From assembly GCA_027064005.1 (NCBI GenBank), contig JAMOQM010000030.1:1-58680 (forward strand): DNA of 58,680 nt, written 5' to 3'. This document shows, in pieces, positions 39,287 to 50,679 of the stretch; position 1 is the stretch's first letter; the number at the start of each line of letters is the position of its first letter. The position numbers and the translations under genes are program-made. This DNA is from Candidatus Cloacimonadota bacterium (lineage in GTDB: Bacteria > Cloacimonadota > Cloacimonadia > Cloacimonadales > JAMOQM01). Below the pieces are notes generated by a model. The model was given only the letters and a program-made list of their open reading frames with translations. It did no database searches and was not told the DNA's origin.

Positions 39287-39296
39287 AGAGGTGAAA

Positions 39297-40355
39297 ATGA
39301 AAAATAAAACAGAAGTTAGACAAAGTCAGTTATTAATGCATCTTGTTGAAGAGTATATTGAAACTAATGAGCCCGTTAGTTCAGGATTGTTATGTAAAAA
39401 ATATTTATCTTATGTTAGTCCGGCAACAATTAGAATTGATCTTCATAAAATGGAAGAAAAAAATTTAATTTTTCAACCTCATACTTCTGCCGGAAGAATA
39501 CCAACCTTAAATGGCTTTAAAAAATACTTTGAAATAATTGAAGAAAGTATTGGTAAAGTTAATTTTAAACAAGTGGAGACTCTTCAAAAAATATTAATAG
39601 CAAATTATAAAGATATTCCGTTAGCTTTACATTATATTAAACAACTTCTGGCAAAAGAAACCGACCAATTAAGTTTCGTTGCTGAACCGGAAATTGCAAA
39701 CGGTTATCTAAAAAGTTTCTCAGCTTTTAAAATTAGTGAAAACAAAATATTGTTTGTGGTAAGTCTTGATTCCGGAATAGATAAAACAGTTATTATAAAA
39801 TGTGAAAACAACATCAGTCCAAATCAATTAAAAGCTTTGGTAAGATATATTAATGATGAATTATACGGAGCCAGAATTTTTGATATTCAAAATAAATATC
39901 TTAAGGAATTAAATTCAAAAGTGGCTTCTGAAAACGGTTTGATGATTTCATTTATGGAAGAAATAAAAAAAGCTTTAAGCGAAATATCAAACTACTTTAT
40001 TTTCTTTGATGGAAATATTAACTTTTTGGAACAACCTGAATTTGATTCTAAAAAAGAAATAATTTCTTTCTTAGGATTAATGCAACGCCAAGATATTATT
40101 TTTTCAAAAATGCAAGAAAAGGCAGTTGAAGAAAAACCTTATTATATCATAAATGGTGATGAGTTCGGGCAACCTAAATGGTCAAAATTAGTCATAGTAT
40201 TTTCTCGATATCAGCTTTTTGATATTCCCGGATATTTAGGGATAATTTCTCCAATAAGAATGAATTATAGAAAAACTATACCAATTGTTAGAGATATGGC
40301 AAAAGCTATCACAGAAATTACAAAAAAAGGAATGGTGGTTCAATATGAAAAATAA
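39297..40355 (+). CDS. hrcA: Heat-inducible transcription repressor HrcA
   Basis: The ATG at 39297 is preferred (SD aaagagg 6-7 nt upstream); the ORF track starts at the in-frame GTG 39291. N-terminal winged helix (QLLMHLVEEYIETNEPVSSGLL) and position ahead of grpE-dnaK. Confidence 0.85.
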   Translation: MKNKTEVRQSQLLMHLVEEYIETNEPVSSGLLCKKYLSYVSPATIRIDLHKMEEKNLIFQPHTSAGRIPTLNGFKKYFEIIEESIGKVNFKQVETLQKILIANYKDIPLALHYIKQLLAKETDQLSFVAEPEIANGYLKSFSAFKISENKILFVVSLDSGIDKTVIIKCENNISPNQLKALVRYINDELYGARIFDIQNKYLKELNSKVASENGLMISFMEEIKKALSEISNYFIFFDGNINFLEQPEFDSKKEIISFLGLMQRQDIIFSKMQEKAVEEKPYYIINGDEFGQPKWSKLVIVFSRYQLFDIPGYLGIISPIRMNYRKTIPIVRDMAKAITEITKKGMVVQYEK

Positions 40356-41031
40356 TGATAAAAAAAATCAAAATGAAAAAAAATTGAAAAAAAATGCAAA
40401 TGCTCCTGAAGTAGATGTTGAAACTTTGGAAGAAGTTAAACAAGAAACTAAAGAAAAAGCTGAAGACGAAAAAGAAAATAAAAAAGAAGTTTCCGAAGAA
40501 AATACCGAAAAAAACGAAGTTAATGAGATTAAAAAAGAATTGGAAAAAGTAAAAAAGGAACGAGATGAATTCAAAAATAAATATATTCGTCTTTATGCGG
40601 AATTTGAAAATTTCAGAAAAAGATCTTTTTCAGAAAAAGCTGATTGGATTAAAAACGCAAACGAAAGGCTTATTTTGGAATTATGTGAAGTAAATGATAA
40701 TTTCCAAAGAGCTCTCGAAAACGGTATCAAAGAACATCAATTTGAATCGTTTAAAAAAGGTGTAGAATTAATCTATCAGCAAATTGGAAATATCTTAAAA
40801 AAAGAAAGTGTAGAAAAAATTGAGGCTCTTGAAAAGGAATTTGATCCTAATTTTCATGAAGCTCTCGCTCATATTCCATCTGAATTGGAAAAAAATAAAG
40901 TAACTGCGATTATTCAGAATGGTTATAAAATGAATGATAAAATCATTAGAACCGCAAAAGTTGCCGTATCTAACGGCGAAAAAATTGTTAACCAAGAAAA
41001 TACAAAAAAAGAAAATAATACTCAAAAATAG
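40345..41031 (+). CDS. grpE: Nucleotide exchange factor GrpE
   Basis: Start at the ATG 40345 (overlaps the hrcA stop). Lys/Glu-rich N-terminus, then YIRLYAEFENFRKR and FDPNFHEAL...V..GY.....IIR.A.V. Confidence 0.9.
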   Translation: MKNNDKKNQNEKKLKKNANAPEVDVETLEEVKQETKEKAEDEKENKKEVSEENTEKNEVNEIKKELEKVKKERDEFKNKYIRLYAEFENFRKRSFSEKADWIKNANERLILELCEVNDNFQRALENGIKEHQFESFKKGVELIYQQIGNILKKESVEKIEALEKEFDPNFHEALAHIPSELEKNKVTAIIQNGYKMNDKIIRTAKVAVSNGEKIVNQENTKKENNTQK

Positions 41032-42981
<1,950 letters not shown>

Positions 42982-42986
42982 ATTTG

Positions 42987-43016
42987 AAAGGGCAATTTTG
43001 CCCTTTCCTTTTGATT
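42987..43016 (+). terminator. Rho-independent terminator/attenuator after dnaK
   Basis: Stem aaagggca/tgcccttt (42987-94 / 42999-43006) followed by ccttttgattt. Confidence 0.65.
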
Positions 43017-43053
43017 TAATCAAAATGGAAATTATATAATTAATGTAGCTGTG

Positions 43054-43091
43054 AACAAACGTAATTCCTAATCTTAGAAGTTACGTTTGTT
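43054..43091 (+). other. 11-bp-stem hairpin in the dnaK-dnaJ spacer
   Basis: aacaaacgtaa ...16 nt... ttacgtttgtt, followed by tatattt, 27 nt before the dnaJ ATG. Confidence 0.5.
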
Positions 43092-43117
43092 TATATTTAA
43101 AAAAAAGAGAGGTTAAT

Positions 43118-44272
43118 ATGTCAAAAAGAGATTATTACGAGATTCTCGGTGTTGATAAAAATGCTGATGCTCGCACAATAAAAGCAGCTTATAGAAAATT
43201 GGCGATGAAATATCATCCTGACAAAAATAAAGATAATAAAGAAGCTGAAGAAAAATTTAAAGAAGCATCTGAGGCTTATGAAATTTTGAGTGATTCCGAG
43301 AAACGGCAAAAATATGATCAATACGGTCATGCCGGAGTTGATGGTTCTTTTGGACAAGGTGGATTTTCGTGGCAAGATTTTTCACACAGTTCCGATTTCT
43401 CAGACATTTTTGGAAATGGTGGGTTTGGCTCTATTTTTGAAAATTTCTTTGGTGGCGGACAAGGAAGATCATCAAGAAGAGGAGCTTCAAATAAAGGTGA
43501 AGATTTACAAATATCTTTATCGTTATCGTTGAAGGAAATTGCAGAAGGTGTTGAAAAGAAAATAAAAATTCATGTTAAAGAAAAATGTTCAAATTGTAAT
43601 GGAACAGGTTCAGCAAATGGAAAAGTAAAAACTTGCCCACAATGTAACGGTGCCGGTCAAATCCATCAAATGAGACGTTCACTTTTTGGACAAATTGCTA
43701 CTGTTATCGATTGCCCGGCTTGTAATGGGAAAGGTAAAATTATTGAAAAACCTTGTCCTAAATGTCATGGAGAAGGAAGAGTCTCAACTTCAAAAATGAT
43801 TACAGTAAAAATTCCTGCCGGTGTTTCTGAAGGTCAATATATCAGATTAAGAGGTGAAGGAAATGTCGGTGTGCAAGGTGGAGCACGTGGCGACATTTTA
43901 GTTTTGATTAGAGAAAAAGAAGATCCGATGTTTGAAAGAGAGGATTCTAATCTAATTTGCACATTTCCAATCAGTTATCCGCAAGCAGCTTTGGGGTGTG
44001 AAATTTTCATTCCAACTTTGACCTCTAAAATAAAATTGAAAATTCCTGCCGGAACTCAATCGGAAAAAGTTTTTCGACTTAGAAATCAGGGACTTCCTGA
44101 AGTTCACAGCTCTTCTAGAGGTGATTTATATGTGAGAATAAAAGTTATAACTCCAACTTCGCTTACGTCGAGAGAAAAAGAACTGTATAAAGAATTATTG
44201 GAATTGGATAAAAAAAGAGATTATAAACCAACAAAAAAGTTTTTTGAAAAATTGAGGAAATTTTTTGTATAA
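43118..44272 (+). CDS. dnaJ: Co-chaperone DnaJ (Hsp40)
   Basis: 384 aa. J-domain with HPDKN, a G/F-rich linker, and four CxxCxGxG zinc-finger repeats. Confidence 0.95.
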   Translation: MSKRDYYEILGVDKNADARTIKAAYRKLAMKYHPDKNKDNKEAEEKFKEASEAYEILSDSEKRQKYDQYGHAGVDGSFGQGGFSWQDFSHSSDFSDIFGNGGFGSIFENFFGGGQGRSSRRGASNKGEDLQISLSLSLKEIAEGVEKKIKIHVKEKCSNCNGTGSANGKVKTCPQCNGAGQIHQMRRSLFGQIATVIDCPACNGKGKIIEKPCPKCHGEGRVSTSKMITVKIPAGVSEGQYIRLRGEGNVGVQGGARGDILVLIREKEDPMFEREDSNLICTFPISYPQAALGCEIFIPTLTSKIKLKIPAGTQSEKVFRLRNQGLPEVHSSSRGDLYVRIKVITPTSLTSREKELYKELLELDKKRDYKPTKKFFEKLRKFFV

Positions 44273-45009
44273 TGCCGGGATTTTATTTACCGACTCTTAA
44301 AATAAACGATAAATTGGTTACTTTAGCTGATGAAGAATTTCATCACATGATCAACGTTTTTAGAAATAAAGTTGGTGATAGTATTAATCTTACAAATGGC
44401 AAAGGATTAATTGTGGAAGCCGAGATTGTCGAGCTTTCTCGCAAAAAGGCTTTTTTAGAAATCCTAAAAATTGAAAAGAAAAGCATCTCCGAACCTGAAA
44501 TCGGAGTTGCTTTTTCTCTTCTAAAAAATAAAAACGATTTGATGATTATTGAAAAATTAACTGAGTTGGGTGTTAAAAAATTCTTTCCAATGAAAACAGA
44601 TTTTACCATTAAAAAATATAACGATAAAACTGTCGCAAAATACGTAAAGACCGCTATATCGGCAATTAAACAATGTGATAATGCTTTTCTTCCTATTTTT
44701 TCGGAAGTACTTTCTTTTGAAAAAACTATCAAAAAGGTTATAGAAGAAGGATATTCTCCAATAGTTGCTTCTGAACGAGAAACAAATTTTATTTTAAGTG
44801 ATCTTCTGAATGGTTTTAAAGGTGATAAAATTTGTCTTTTTATTGGACCGGAAGGTGGTTTTTCTGACAAAGAATTTGAATATTTTGATGAAAAAAAAGT
44901 TGCGAAATTCAAGTTGGGAAATCACATTTTGAGAGCAGAAACAGCGGCAATTTCTTCAGTATCAGAATTAGTAGGAATTTTTTTAGAAAAAGATAAAAAT
45001 TATTATTAG
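44272..45009 (+). CDS. rsmE: 16S rRNA (uracil1498-N3)-methyltransferase RsmE
   Basis: 245 aa. N-terminal PUA-like EEFHHMINVFR, C-terminal SPOUT knot (IGPEGGFSDKE...LGNHILRAETA). Confidence 0.8.
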   Translation: MPGFYLPTLKINDKLVTLADEEFHHMINVFRNKVGDSINLTNGKGLIVEAEIVELSRKKAFLEILKIEKKSISEPEIGVAFSLLKNKNDLMIIEKLTELGVKKFFPMKTDFTIKKYNDKTVAKYVKTAISAIKQCDNAFLPIFSEVLSFEKTIKKVIEEGYSPIVASERETNFILSDLLNGFKGDKICLFIGPEGGFSDKEFEYFDEKKVAKFKLGNHILRAETAAISSVSELVGIFLEKDKNYY

Positions 45010-45018
45010 GATGCGTTT

Positions 45019-45372
45019 ATGTTAAATATTATTCTTACAATATCTTTGTTGATTATTTCCAATACTTTTATGACTTTGGCATGGTATGGACATTTAAAAT
45101 GGTTCCACAATTATGGGACTATCAGCGTAATTTTTATTAGTTGGAGCATTGCTTTATTGGAATACTCTTTTCAAGTGCCGGCAAATAGAATAGGTTTTAT
45201 TGGAAACGGAGGCAGTTTTTCATTAACTCAATTAAAGGTAATTCAGGAAACAATTACTTTGACTGTTTTTATTATTTTTTCGCGAATAGTCTTTGGTACT
45301 AAAATAGGCATAAATCAAATTATTGGATTTTGTTTAATAATTTTAGCCGTTTATTTCATCTTTAAAAATTAA
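45019..45372 (+). CDS. Small DMT-superfamily membrane protein (DUF486-like)
   Basis: 117 aa with 4 TM segments. AWYGHLK...LEYSFQVPANRIG...LTQLKVIQE matches my recollection of the DUF486 consensus. Confidence 0.65.
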   Translation: MLNIILTISLLIISNTFMTLAWYGHLKWFHNYGTISVIFISWSIALLEYSFQVPANRIGFIGNGGSFSLTQLKVIQETITLTVFIIFSRIVFGTKIGINQIIGFCLIILAVYFIFKN

Positions 45373-45494
45373 AAAAAATATAAATACTTCTTACTCAAAA
45401 ATCATAAAAAAAACAATTGAATATCATGATGATATTCTTGACGTCATATTCCCAAAAATAAAATTATAAAGAAAAATTTAAGGACTTATAATAT

Positions 45495-46406
45495 ATGGTT
45501 AAAGATAAATATATCGGAGCTTCGGCAATTATTTTTGCTGCTATACTTTGGGGATTTGACGGTGTTGTTCTTACTCCTCGATTATTTAATTTGGATGTAG
45601 GATTTGTAGTTTTCATGCTCCATTTTGTTCCTTTTGTTTTAATGAATTTTGTTCTTTTTAAAGAGTATCGACATCTAAAGGAATTTACTTTCCAAGATAT
45701 AATTATTTTTGCTTTGATTGCTTTATTTGGGGGAGCTTTAGGAACTTTAGCAATTGTTAAAGCCCTATTTTTAGTGCATTTTCAACATTTATCAATTGTG
45801 GTTTTACTTCAAAAACTACAACCTATATTTGCAATTAGTTTATCGGCAATATTCCTCAAAGAAAAAATAGGTAAGAATTTTTATTTTTGGGCTATAATAG
45901 CTATAATCTCCAGTTATTTTCTTACTTTCGGATTGCATTCTCCGCATTTTAGTAAAAATCCCAATTTAATCAAAGCAGCTATTTGGGCGGTTATTGCAGC
46001 ATTTTCATTTGGAAGTGCAACTGTTTTAGGTAAAAAAGCTTTAATGAAATTCTCGTTTTTCACTACTAATTTTTATCGTTTTGCCCTAACATCTTTAATA
46101 ATGTTTATTTATGTTTTGATTACAAATAAATTCTCTGAATTTCAACACATTACGCCTTTGAATTGGTTCTTATTTTTCTTGATAGCTTTCACAACCGGAT
46201 CGGGAGCAATATTTTTATATTATTTCGGTTTGAATAAAGTAAAAGCCATTGTCTCAACTATTTGCGAACTTCTCTTTCCAATTTCCGCAGTTTTTTTTGA
46301 TTATATTATTAACCATAAATCTTTAACTTCAATTCAAATTGTTAGTGCTTTAATAATGATTATTGCTGTTATTGAAATTAGTTATCGAAAACCGGCAATC
46401 CGATAA
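45495..46406 (+). CDS. DMT-family transporter (EamA-like, 10 TM)
   Basis: 303 aa with two EamA-like halves, each of 5 TM segments. Confidence 0.65.
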   Translation: MVKDKYIGASAIIFAAILWGFDGVVLTPRLFNLDVGFVVFMLHFVPFVLMNFVLFKEYRHLKEFTFQDIIIFALIALFGGALGTLAIVKALFLVHFQHLSIVVLLQKLQPIFAISLSAIFLKEKIGKNFYFWAIIAIISSYFLTFGLHSPHFSKNPNLIKAAIWAVIAAFSFGSATVLGKKALMKFSFFTTNFYRFALTSLIMFIYVLITNKFSEFQHITPLNWFLFFLIAFTTGSGAIFLYYFGLNKVKAIVSTICELLFPISAVFFDYIINHKSLTSIQIVSALIMIIAVIEISYRKPAIR

Positions 46407-46577
46407 GATAAGATAAACGAAAATTAAACAAATTTGAGATGAAATTTGCTTTTATCTTTTTTCAAAGGTAAATCATATTCATCTTAAACACGTTAAGTTA
46501 GAGAAAAACAGATATTTCATTTTTACATAATATGTTCTTGACCAATATTCCTAAACTAATTTAATTAGTTATTAAGT

Positions 46578-46594
46578 TTGCAAATTATTTGCAA
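46578..46594. promoter_or_regulatory. Perfect 17-bp palindrome ttgcaaat-t-atttgcaa (candidate operator upstream of prxU)
   Basis: 8-1-8 perfect inverted repeat 77 nt upstream of the prxU ATG. The right arm TTGCAA plus 17 nt plus GATATT could be the -35/-10 elements. Confidence 0.45.
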
Positions 46595-46670
46595 GTGTAG
46601 TCATAAACTTTGATATTAAATTATTAGCAATTTATAAGCTAAAATTATGTCATTAAAAAAGGAGATAACT

Positions 46671-47282
46671 ATGATTAAGATTGGTAAAAAGGCACCTGAT
46701 TTTACAGCTCCGGCTTATTTTGATAACAAGTTCGGTCAGGTTAAACTTTCGGATTATATCGGAAAGTGGGTTGTATTATGTTTTTATCCCGGAGATTTCA
46801 CATTTGTTTGAGCAACCGAAGTTTCTGCAGTTGCAGAAAGAAATCTTGAGTTTGAAAAACTTGGAGTACAAGTACTTTCGGTTAGTGTAAACAGCGTCTT
46901 TGTTCATAAAATGTGGAACGAAAATGAACTGTCAAAAATGGTGGACGGCGGAATTCCATTTCCAATGTTAACAGATGGTGGCGGAACAATCGGAACAATG
47001 TACGGCGTTTATGATGAAGATGCCGGTGTTGAAATGAGAGGAAGATTCTTAATTGATCCGGACGGAATTGTGCAAGGTTATGAGGTTTTAGCACCGTCGG
47101 TAGGAAGAAATGTAGATGAAACCGTTAGACAAATAAAAGCTTTTCAGTTGGTTAGGAAATCAAAAGGAACCGAAGTAACGCCTTCCGGTTGGGAACCTGG
47201 TAAACTTACTTTGAAGCCGGGTCCTGAATTAGTCGGGAATGTTTGGAAAGTTTGGAAACCAAATATGAATTATAACAAATAA
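46671..47282 (+). CDS. prxU: Selenocysteine-containing peroxiredoxin (AhpC/Prx1 family, PrxU-like); UGA-Sec at codon 47
   Basis: ATG 46671 with the SD aggag. A single in-frame TGA at 46809-46811 falls in [14 protein letters not shown], the peroxidatic Cys position of the FVCPTE motif. The frame continues into the track ORF 46911..47282. 203 aa in total, with a SECIS-like hairpin 10 nt downstream of the TGA. Confidence 0.8.
46822..46839 (+). promoter_or_regulatory. Bacterial SECIS-like stem-loop for prxU
   Basis: tttctgc-aguu-gcagaaa: a 7-bp stem and a 4-nt loop containing G-U, beginning 10 nt after the UGA. This is comparable to the ~11-nt spacing of the E. coli fdhF SECIS. Confidence 0.55.
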
Positions 47283-47294
47283 ATCAATAAATTT

Positions 47295-47322
47295 AAAATG
47301 TGCTTTTCGGCACATTTTTTTT
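47295..47322 (+). terminator. Rho-independent terminator after prxU
   Basis: Stem atgtgc/gcacat (47298-303 / 47310-315) with loop ttttcg, followed by 8 T. Confidence 0.75.
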
Positions 47323-47434
47323 ATCAAAAAAACAACTAATCTTTTCTAAAAAATTTTCTCTCTTTGACATTTAATCTGTAATAATAAAAGTTATTCTGCG
47401 TTAATAAATTGAAAAAAAAATAAGGAGAAGTTTA

Positions 47435-48382
47435 ATGATCCAAATCTTGAATTTAACAAAAGATTATGATTCTTTAAGAGCTGTGGATCAGATCAATTTC
47501 AACATTAATGAGGGTGAAATAATTGGTTTCCTCGGACCAAACGGTGCCGGAAAATCAACAACTCTCAAAATGATGACTTCTTTTTTACCGCCAACAGACG
47601 GTAATGTCATTGTTGATGATCTGAATATCTACGATAATTCCAAAGAAATTAGAAAACTTATTGGATATCTTCCGGAATCAAATCCGCTTTATATGGAAAT
47701 GACGGTTTATGAGTATCTTGAATTTGTTTCAAAAGCGAGAGAAATTCCGGAATCGAAATTTAAAAGTGTGCTAAAAAAAACTATTGAAAAAACAGGATTG
47801 GCAAGCGTTATTTCAAAACCAATCAGTACTCTTTCCAAAGGATATAAACAGCGGGTAGGACTCGCTCAAGCAATTATTCACGATCCGAAAATAATTATTC
47901 TGGATGAACCGACCAGTGGTTTGGATCCAAATCAAATTGTTGAAATTAGAGAACTGATTAAAGAATTGGGTAAAGAAAAAACTTTGATTATCTCAAGTCA
48001 TATTTTACAAGAAGTTCAGGCTGTTTGTGACAGAATTGTTATTATTAATAAAGGTAAAATTGTTGCTGACGGTTCTACCGAAGAACTTAAAGCCGGTTTC
48101 AAAGGAAGAAATCGTCTTCATATTAACTTTATTGGAAATGCAAATATCGTGGATGAAATTCCTGAAAAAATCCCCGGTACAAAAATATCTTCATTAGAGA
48201 AAAAAGATATGTCATCTGAAGTAATAGTTGAATATAGCTCGGACTCAGATTTCAGACCGGAAATATATCAATGGATAAAATCAACTGATATTATTTTGTT
48301 AGAGATGAGAAGAGAACATGTCAGTTTGGAAGAAGTTTTCCATTCTCTCACTCTTGAAGGAGGAGATTCAAATGAGATATAG
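47435..48382 (+). CDS. gldA: ABC transporter ATP-binding protein (GldA-like)
   Basis: 315 aa. Walker A GPNGAGKST, IGYLPESNPLY, signature LSKGYKQR, Walker B IIILDEPTSGLD. Confidence 0.75.
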   Translation: MIQILNLTKDYDSLRAVDQINFNINEGEIIGFLGPNGAGKSTTLKMMTSFLPPTDGNVIVDDLNIYDNSKEIRKLIGYLPESNPLYMEMTVYEYLEFVSKAREIPESKFKSVLKKTIEKTGLASVISKPISTLSKGYKQRVGLAQAIIHDPKIIILDEPTSGLDPNQIVEIRELIKELGKEKTLIISSHILQEVQAVCDRIVIINKGKIVADGSTEELKAGFKGRNRLHINFIGNANIVDEIPEKIPGTKISSLEKKDMSSEVIVEYSSDSDFRPEIYQWIKSTDIILLEMRREHVSLEEVFHSLTLEGGDSNEI

Positions 48383-49082
48383 TATGTTAATCGCTAAAAA
48401 GGAAATCAAATCATTTTTTGATTCTCCGGCAGGATATGTTACATTAGCATTTTTTCTGATATTAACCGGTTGGTTTTTTGCTAATCCTTTATTTTTAATC
48501 GGGCAGGCGGATTTGAGAACAATGTTTAATGTTGTTCCGATAATTTATATTTTCTTTATTCCGGCAATAACAATGGGATTAATTTCAAAAGAAAAGAGTT
48601 CGGGGACCTATGAAACTTTGGCGACTTTCCCGATAAATGATTCCGAAATTGTAATGGGAAAATTTTTCGCATCTGTGGGTATCATTGCGTTTGGCTTACT
48701 TTTTACATTTGTTCATTTAATTACAATTTTAATTCTTGGAAAAAATGTTGATTTCGGACAATTTATCTCGGGATATTTCGGGTTATTACTTTTAGGTTCA
48801 GTTTATAGTGCAATAGGAATTTTTGGAAGTAGTTTATCAAAAAATCAGATTGTATCCTTTTTAATTAGTTTAATAATCGTGATTTTCTTTTATTTGATTC
48901 AACAATTAGTTATATTCCTTCCACAATTCCTCAGTGCATTTTTCCAATATATAAGTACAGGTTACCATTTTTCAAATCTTTCCAGAGGAGTTATTGATAC
49001 TCGTGATTTAATTTACTTCTTTAGTTTGATTTATGGATTTTTATTTCTTTCAACCAAAATTATGGAATCCAGAAAGTGGTAG
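48372..49082 (+). CDS. gldF: ABC-2 type permease (GldF-like)
   Basis: Start at the ATG 48372 (SD ggagg; overlaps the ATPase stop). ~236 aa with 6 TM segments. Confidence 0.6.
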   Translation: MRYSMLIAKKEIKSFFDSPAGYVTLAFFLILTGWFFANPLFLIGQADLRTMFNVVPIIYIFFIPAITMGLISKEKSSGTYETLATFPINDSEIVMGKFFASVGIIAFGLLFTFVHLITILILGKNVDFGQFISGYFGLLLLGSVYSAIGIFGSSLSKNQIVSFLISLIIVIFFYLIQQLVIFLPQFLSAFFQYISTGYHFSNLSRGVIDTRDLIYFFSLIYGFLFLSTKIMESRKW

Positions 49083-49092
49083 GAGCTGAAAA

Positions 49093-50679
49093 ATGAAAAA
49101 GAAACAATATGGAAATCAAACAATAAATATTATTATTGTAATCGCAATCCTTGTAGTTATTAATCTTTTATCGTTAAATATTTTTTATCGGTTGGATTTA
49201 ACAAACGGTAAAATTTATTCTTTATCAAAATCAAGTAAAGAGGCTGTTGAAAATCTTAAAGACAATCTTGTAATCAAAGCTTATTTTACAAAGAATCTTC
49301 CCAATCAATATGCTGACAGCAGAAGATATACCCGCGATTTACTCTCTGAATATCAAGCATATTCTCATGGAAAATTAAGATTTGAATTTATCGACCCTAA
49401 AGATGAAGACAAATTGAAAAAAGAAGCTCAACAAAATCACATTTCACCGGTTTCTATGAAAGTTGTTGAAAATGATAAAGTTGAAATTAGAGAAGTATAT
49501 ATGGGATTAGCTTTCCTTTATGAAGATAAAAATGAAACAATCCCGTTGATTAAAAACACGCAAGGTTTGGAATACGATATTACAACTACTTTGAAAAGAA
49601 TTACCGCTCAAAACCTAACAAAAATTGCATTTTTCTCAACTGATAATCCACAAGAAATGATGCAAAATCCTTATCAACAAAATCAAGATGAATTTAAAGA
49701 CGCTAAACAATTTCTTTCATCAAATTATCAAATGGAAAAAACAGATTTGAATGCTCCGATTGATTCAACAATTACCTCAATGGTTGTAACTTCTATTACG
49801 GATTCTCTTTCAAATCAGCAATTATATAATCTTGATCAATTTGTAATGCACGGTGGAAATCTTGTTATCTTCCAACAAGCAATAGATACAGATTTACAAC
49901 GTCAAATAGCAAAACCAATCAAATCGAATATTTTTGATCTTTTGAAACATTACGGTGTAAAATTAAAAAATAATCTCGTTTCAGATGCAGAATGCGGTCA
50001 GGTTACAGTCCAAGAAAGACGTGGTATTTTCACAATGAATACACCGGTAGCTTATCCATTCTTTCCAATTGTTCGCGAAACCGATTCAAAAAATCCAATT
50101 GTTAATGGCGTTAATAATGTTCAATTTATTTTTGCTTCTGAGATTGACACAACCAGTGTTCAAAAAGGTGTTAAATTTACTGCCTTATTAACAAGTTCTG
50201 AACATTCCGGTGAGACATCGGGTCCACGATATGATATTTCTTTCGATAAATTTAAAGGTAAAGATTTAACTTCTCTTTTAAATGGAAAAGGAAGAATTTT
50301 AGCCGGAATTTATGAAGGAAGCTTTAACAGCTTTTTTGGTGCGAAACAAGATAAAAATTTCAAACCATTTGTTAAAAAAGCAACAATCATCCTTGTTGGA
50401 GATTCCGACTTTATTAAAAATGGTGCCGGAATTGGTATTAAAGGTAATGTCGATTTCTTACAAAATTCGATCGACTATTTATCAGGAGATTCTGCTTTGA
50501 TTGCTTTACGTTCAAGACAAGCTATCTATCGACCGATAAAAAAATTGCCTCCTGCAGAACGTAAATTTGTTAAGTGGTTAAATATTTTATTACCGACAAT
50601 TTTGTTAATTATCTTTGGATTGTTCCATTATAAAAACTTAATTAGAAAAAGAAAATATATAAGGGATTTGTATGAATAA
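49093..50679 (+). CDS. gldG: GldG-like auxiliary component of the ABC-2 system
   Basis: 528 aa with N- and C-terminal TM anchors flanking a large extracytoplasmic domain, positioned directly after the permease. Confidence 0.6.
   Translation: MKKKQYGNQTINIIIVIAILVVINLLSLNIFYRLDLTNGKIYSLSKSSKEAVENLKDNLVIKAYFTKNLPNQYADSRRYTRDLLSEYQAYSHGKLRFEFIDPKDEDKLKKEAQQNHISPVSMKVVENDKVEIREVYMGLAFLYEDKNETIPLIKNTQGLEYDITTTLKRITAQNLTKIAFFSTDNPQEMMQNPYQQNQDEFKDAKQFLSSNYQMEKTDLNAPIDSTITSMVVTSITDSLSNQQLYNLDQFVMHGGNLVIFQQAIDTDLQRQIAKPIKSNIFDLLKHYGVKLKNNLVSDAECGQVTVQERRGIFTMNTPVAYPFFPIVRETDSKNPIVNGVNNVQFIFASEIDTTSVQKGVKFTALLTSSEHSGETSGPRYDISFDKFKGKDLTSLLNGKGRILAGIYEGSFNSFFGAKQDKNFKPFVKKATIILVGDSDFIKNGAGIGIKGNVDFLQNSIDYLSGDSALIALRSRQAIYRPIKKLPPAERKFVKWLNILLPTILLIIFGLFHYKNLIRKRKYIRDLYE

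Noticed and set aside
38978-39290. Replication origin at the strand switch (about 25 kb of minus-strand genes to the left, 19 kb of plus-strand genes to the right; 13-bp palindrome tggcaa-c-ttgcca at ~39172-39186)
   Set aside because: I saw no cluster of DnaA boxes (TTATCCACA-like) and no dnaA, dnaN or gidA nearby. The spacer is explained by the divergent ttcA and hrcA promoters with CIRCE. GC skew cannot be judged by eye, and a cumulative-skew plot would settle the question.
40285-40344. N-terminal extensions given by the ORF track (grpE 40285, gldF-like 48318, DUF3343 57080, porin 31710, REC-SHOCT 27512)
   Set aside because: The extensions overlap the upstream gene and lack an SD. Internal starts with good SDs (40345, 48372, 57137, 31662, 27470) give N-termini typical of each family.
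44343-44912. 189-aa antisense ORF opposite rsmE, and similar shadow ORFs (2893..3300, 17301..17582, 38369..38662, 40368..40574, 51830..52210, 21648..21917)
   Set aside because: Each lies fully inside a well-supported gene on the other strand. Each has low-complexity or hydrophobic junk composition and no SD. Such ORFs are typical of AT-rich DNA.
46681-47094. Track ORFs 46681..46890 (+) and 46882..47094 (-) across the peroxiredoxin locus
   Set aside because: They are an off-frame and an antisense reading of the prxU gene. The Prx-like translation is in the frame of 46671/46911 once the TGA at 46809 is read as Sec.
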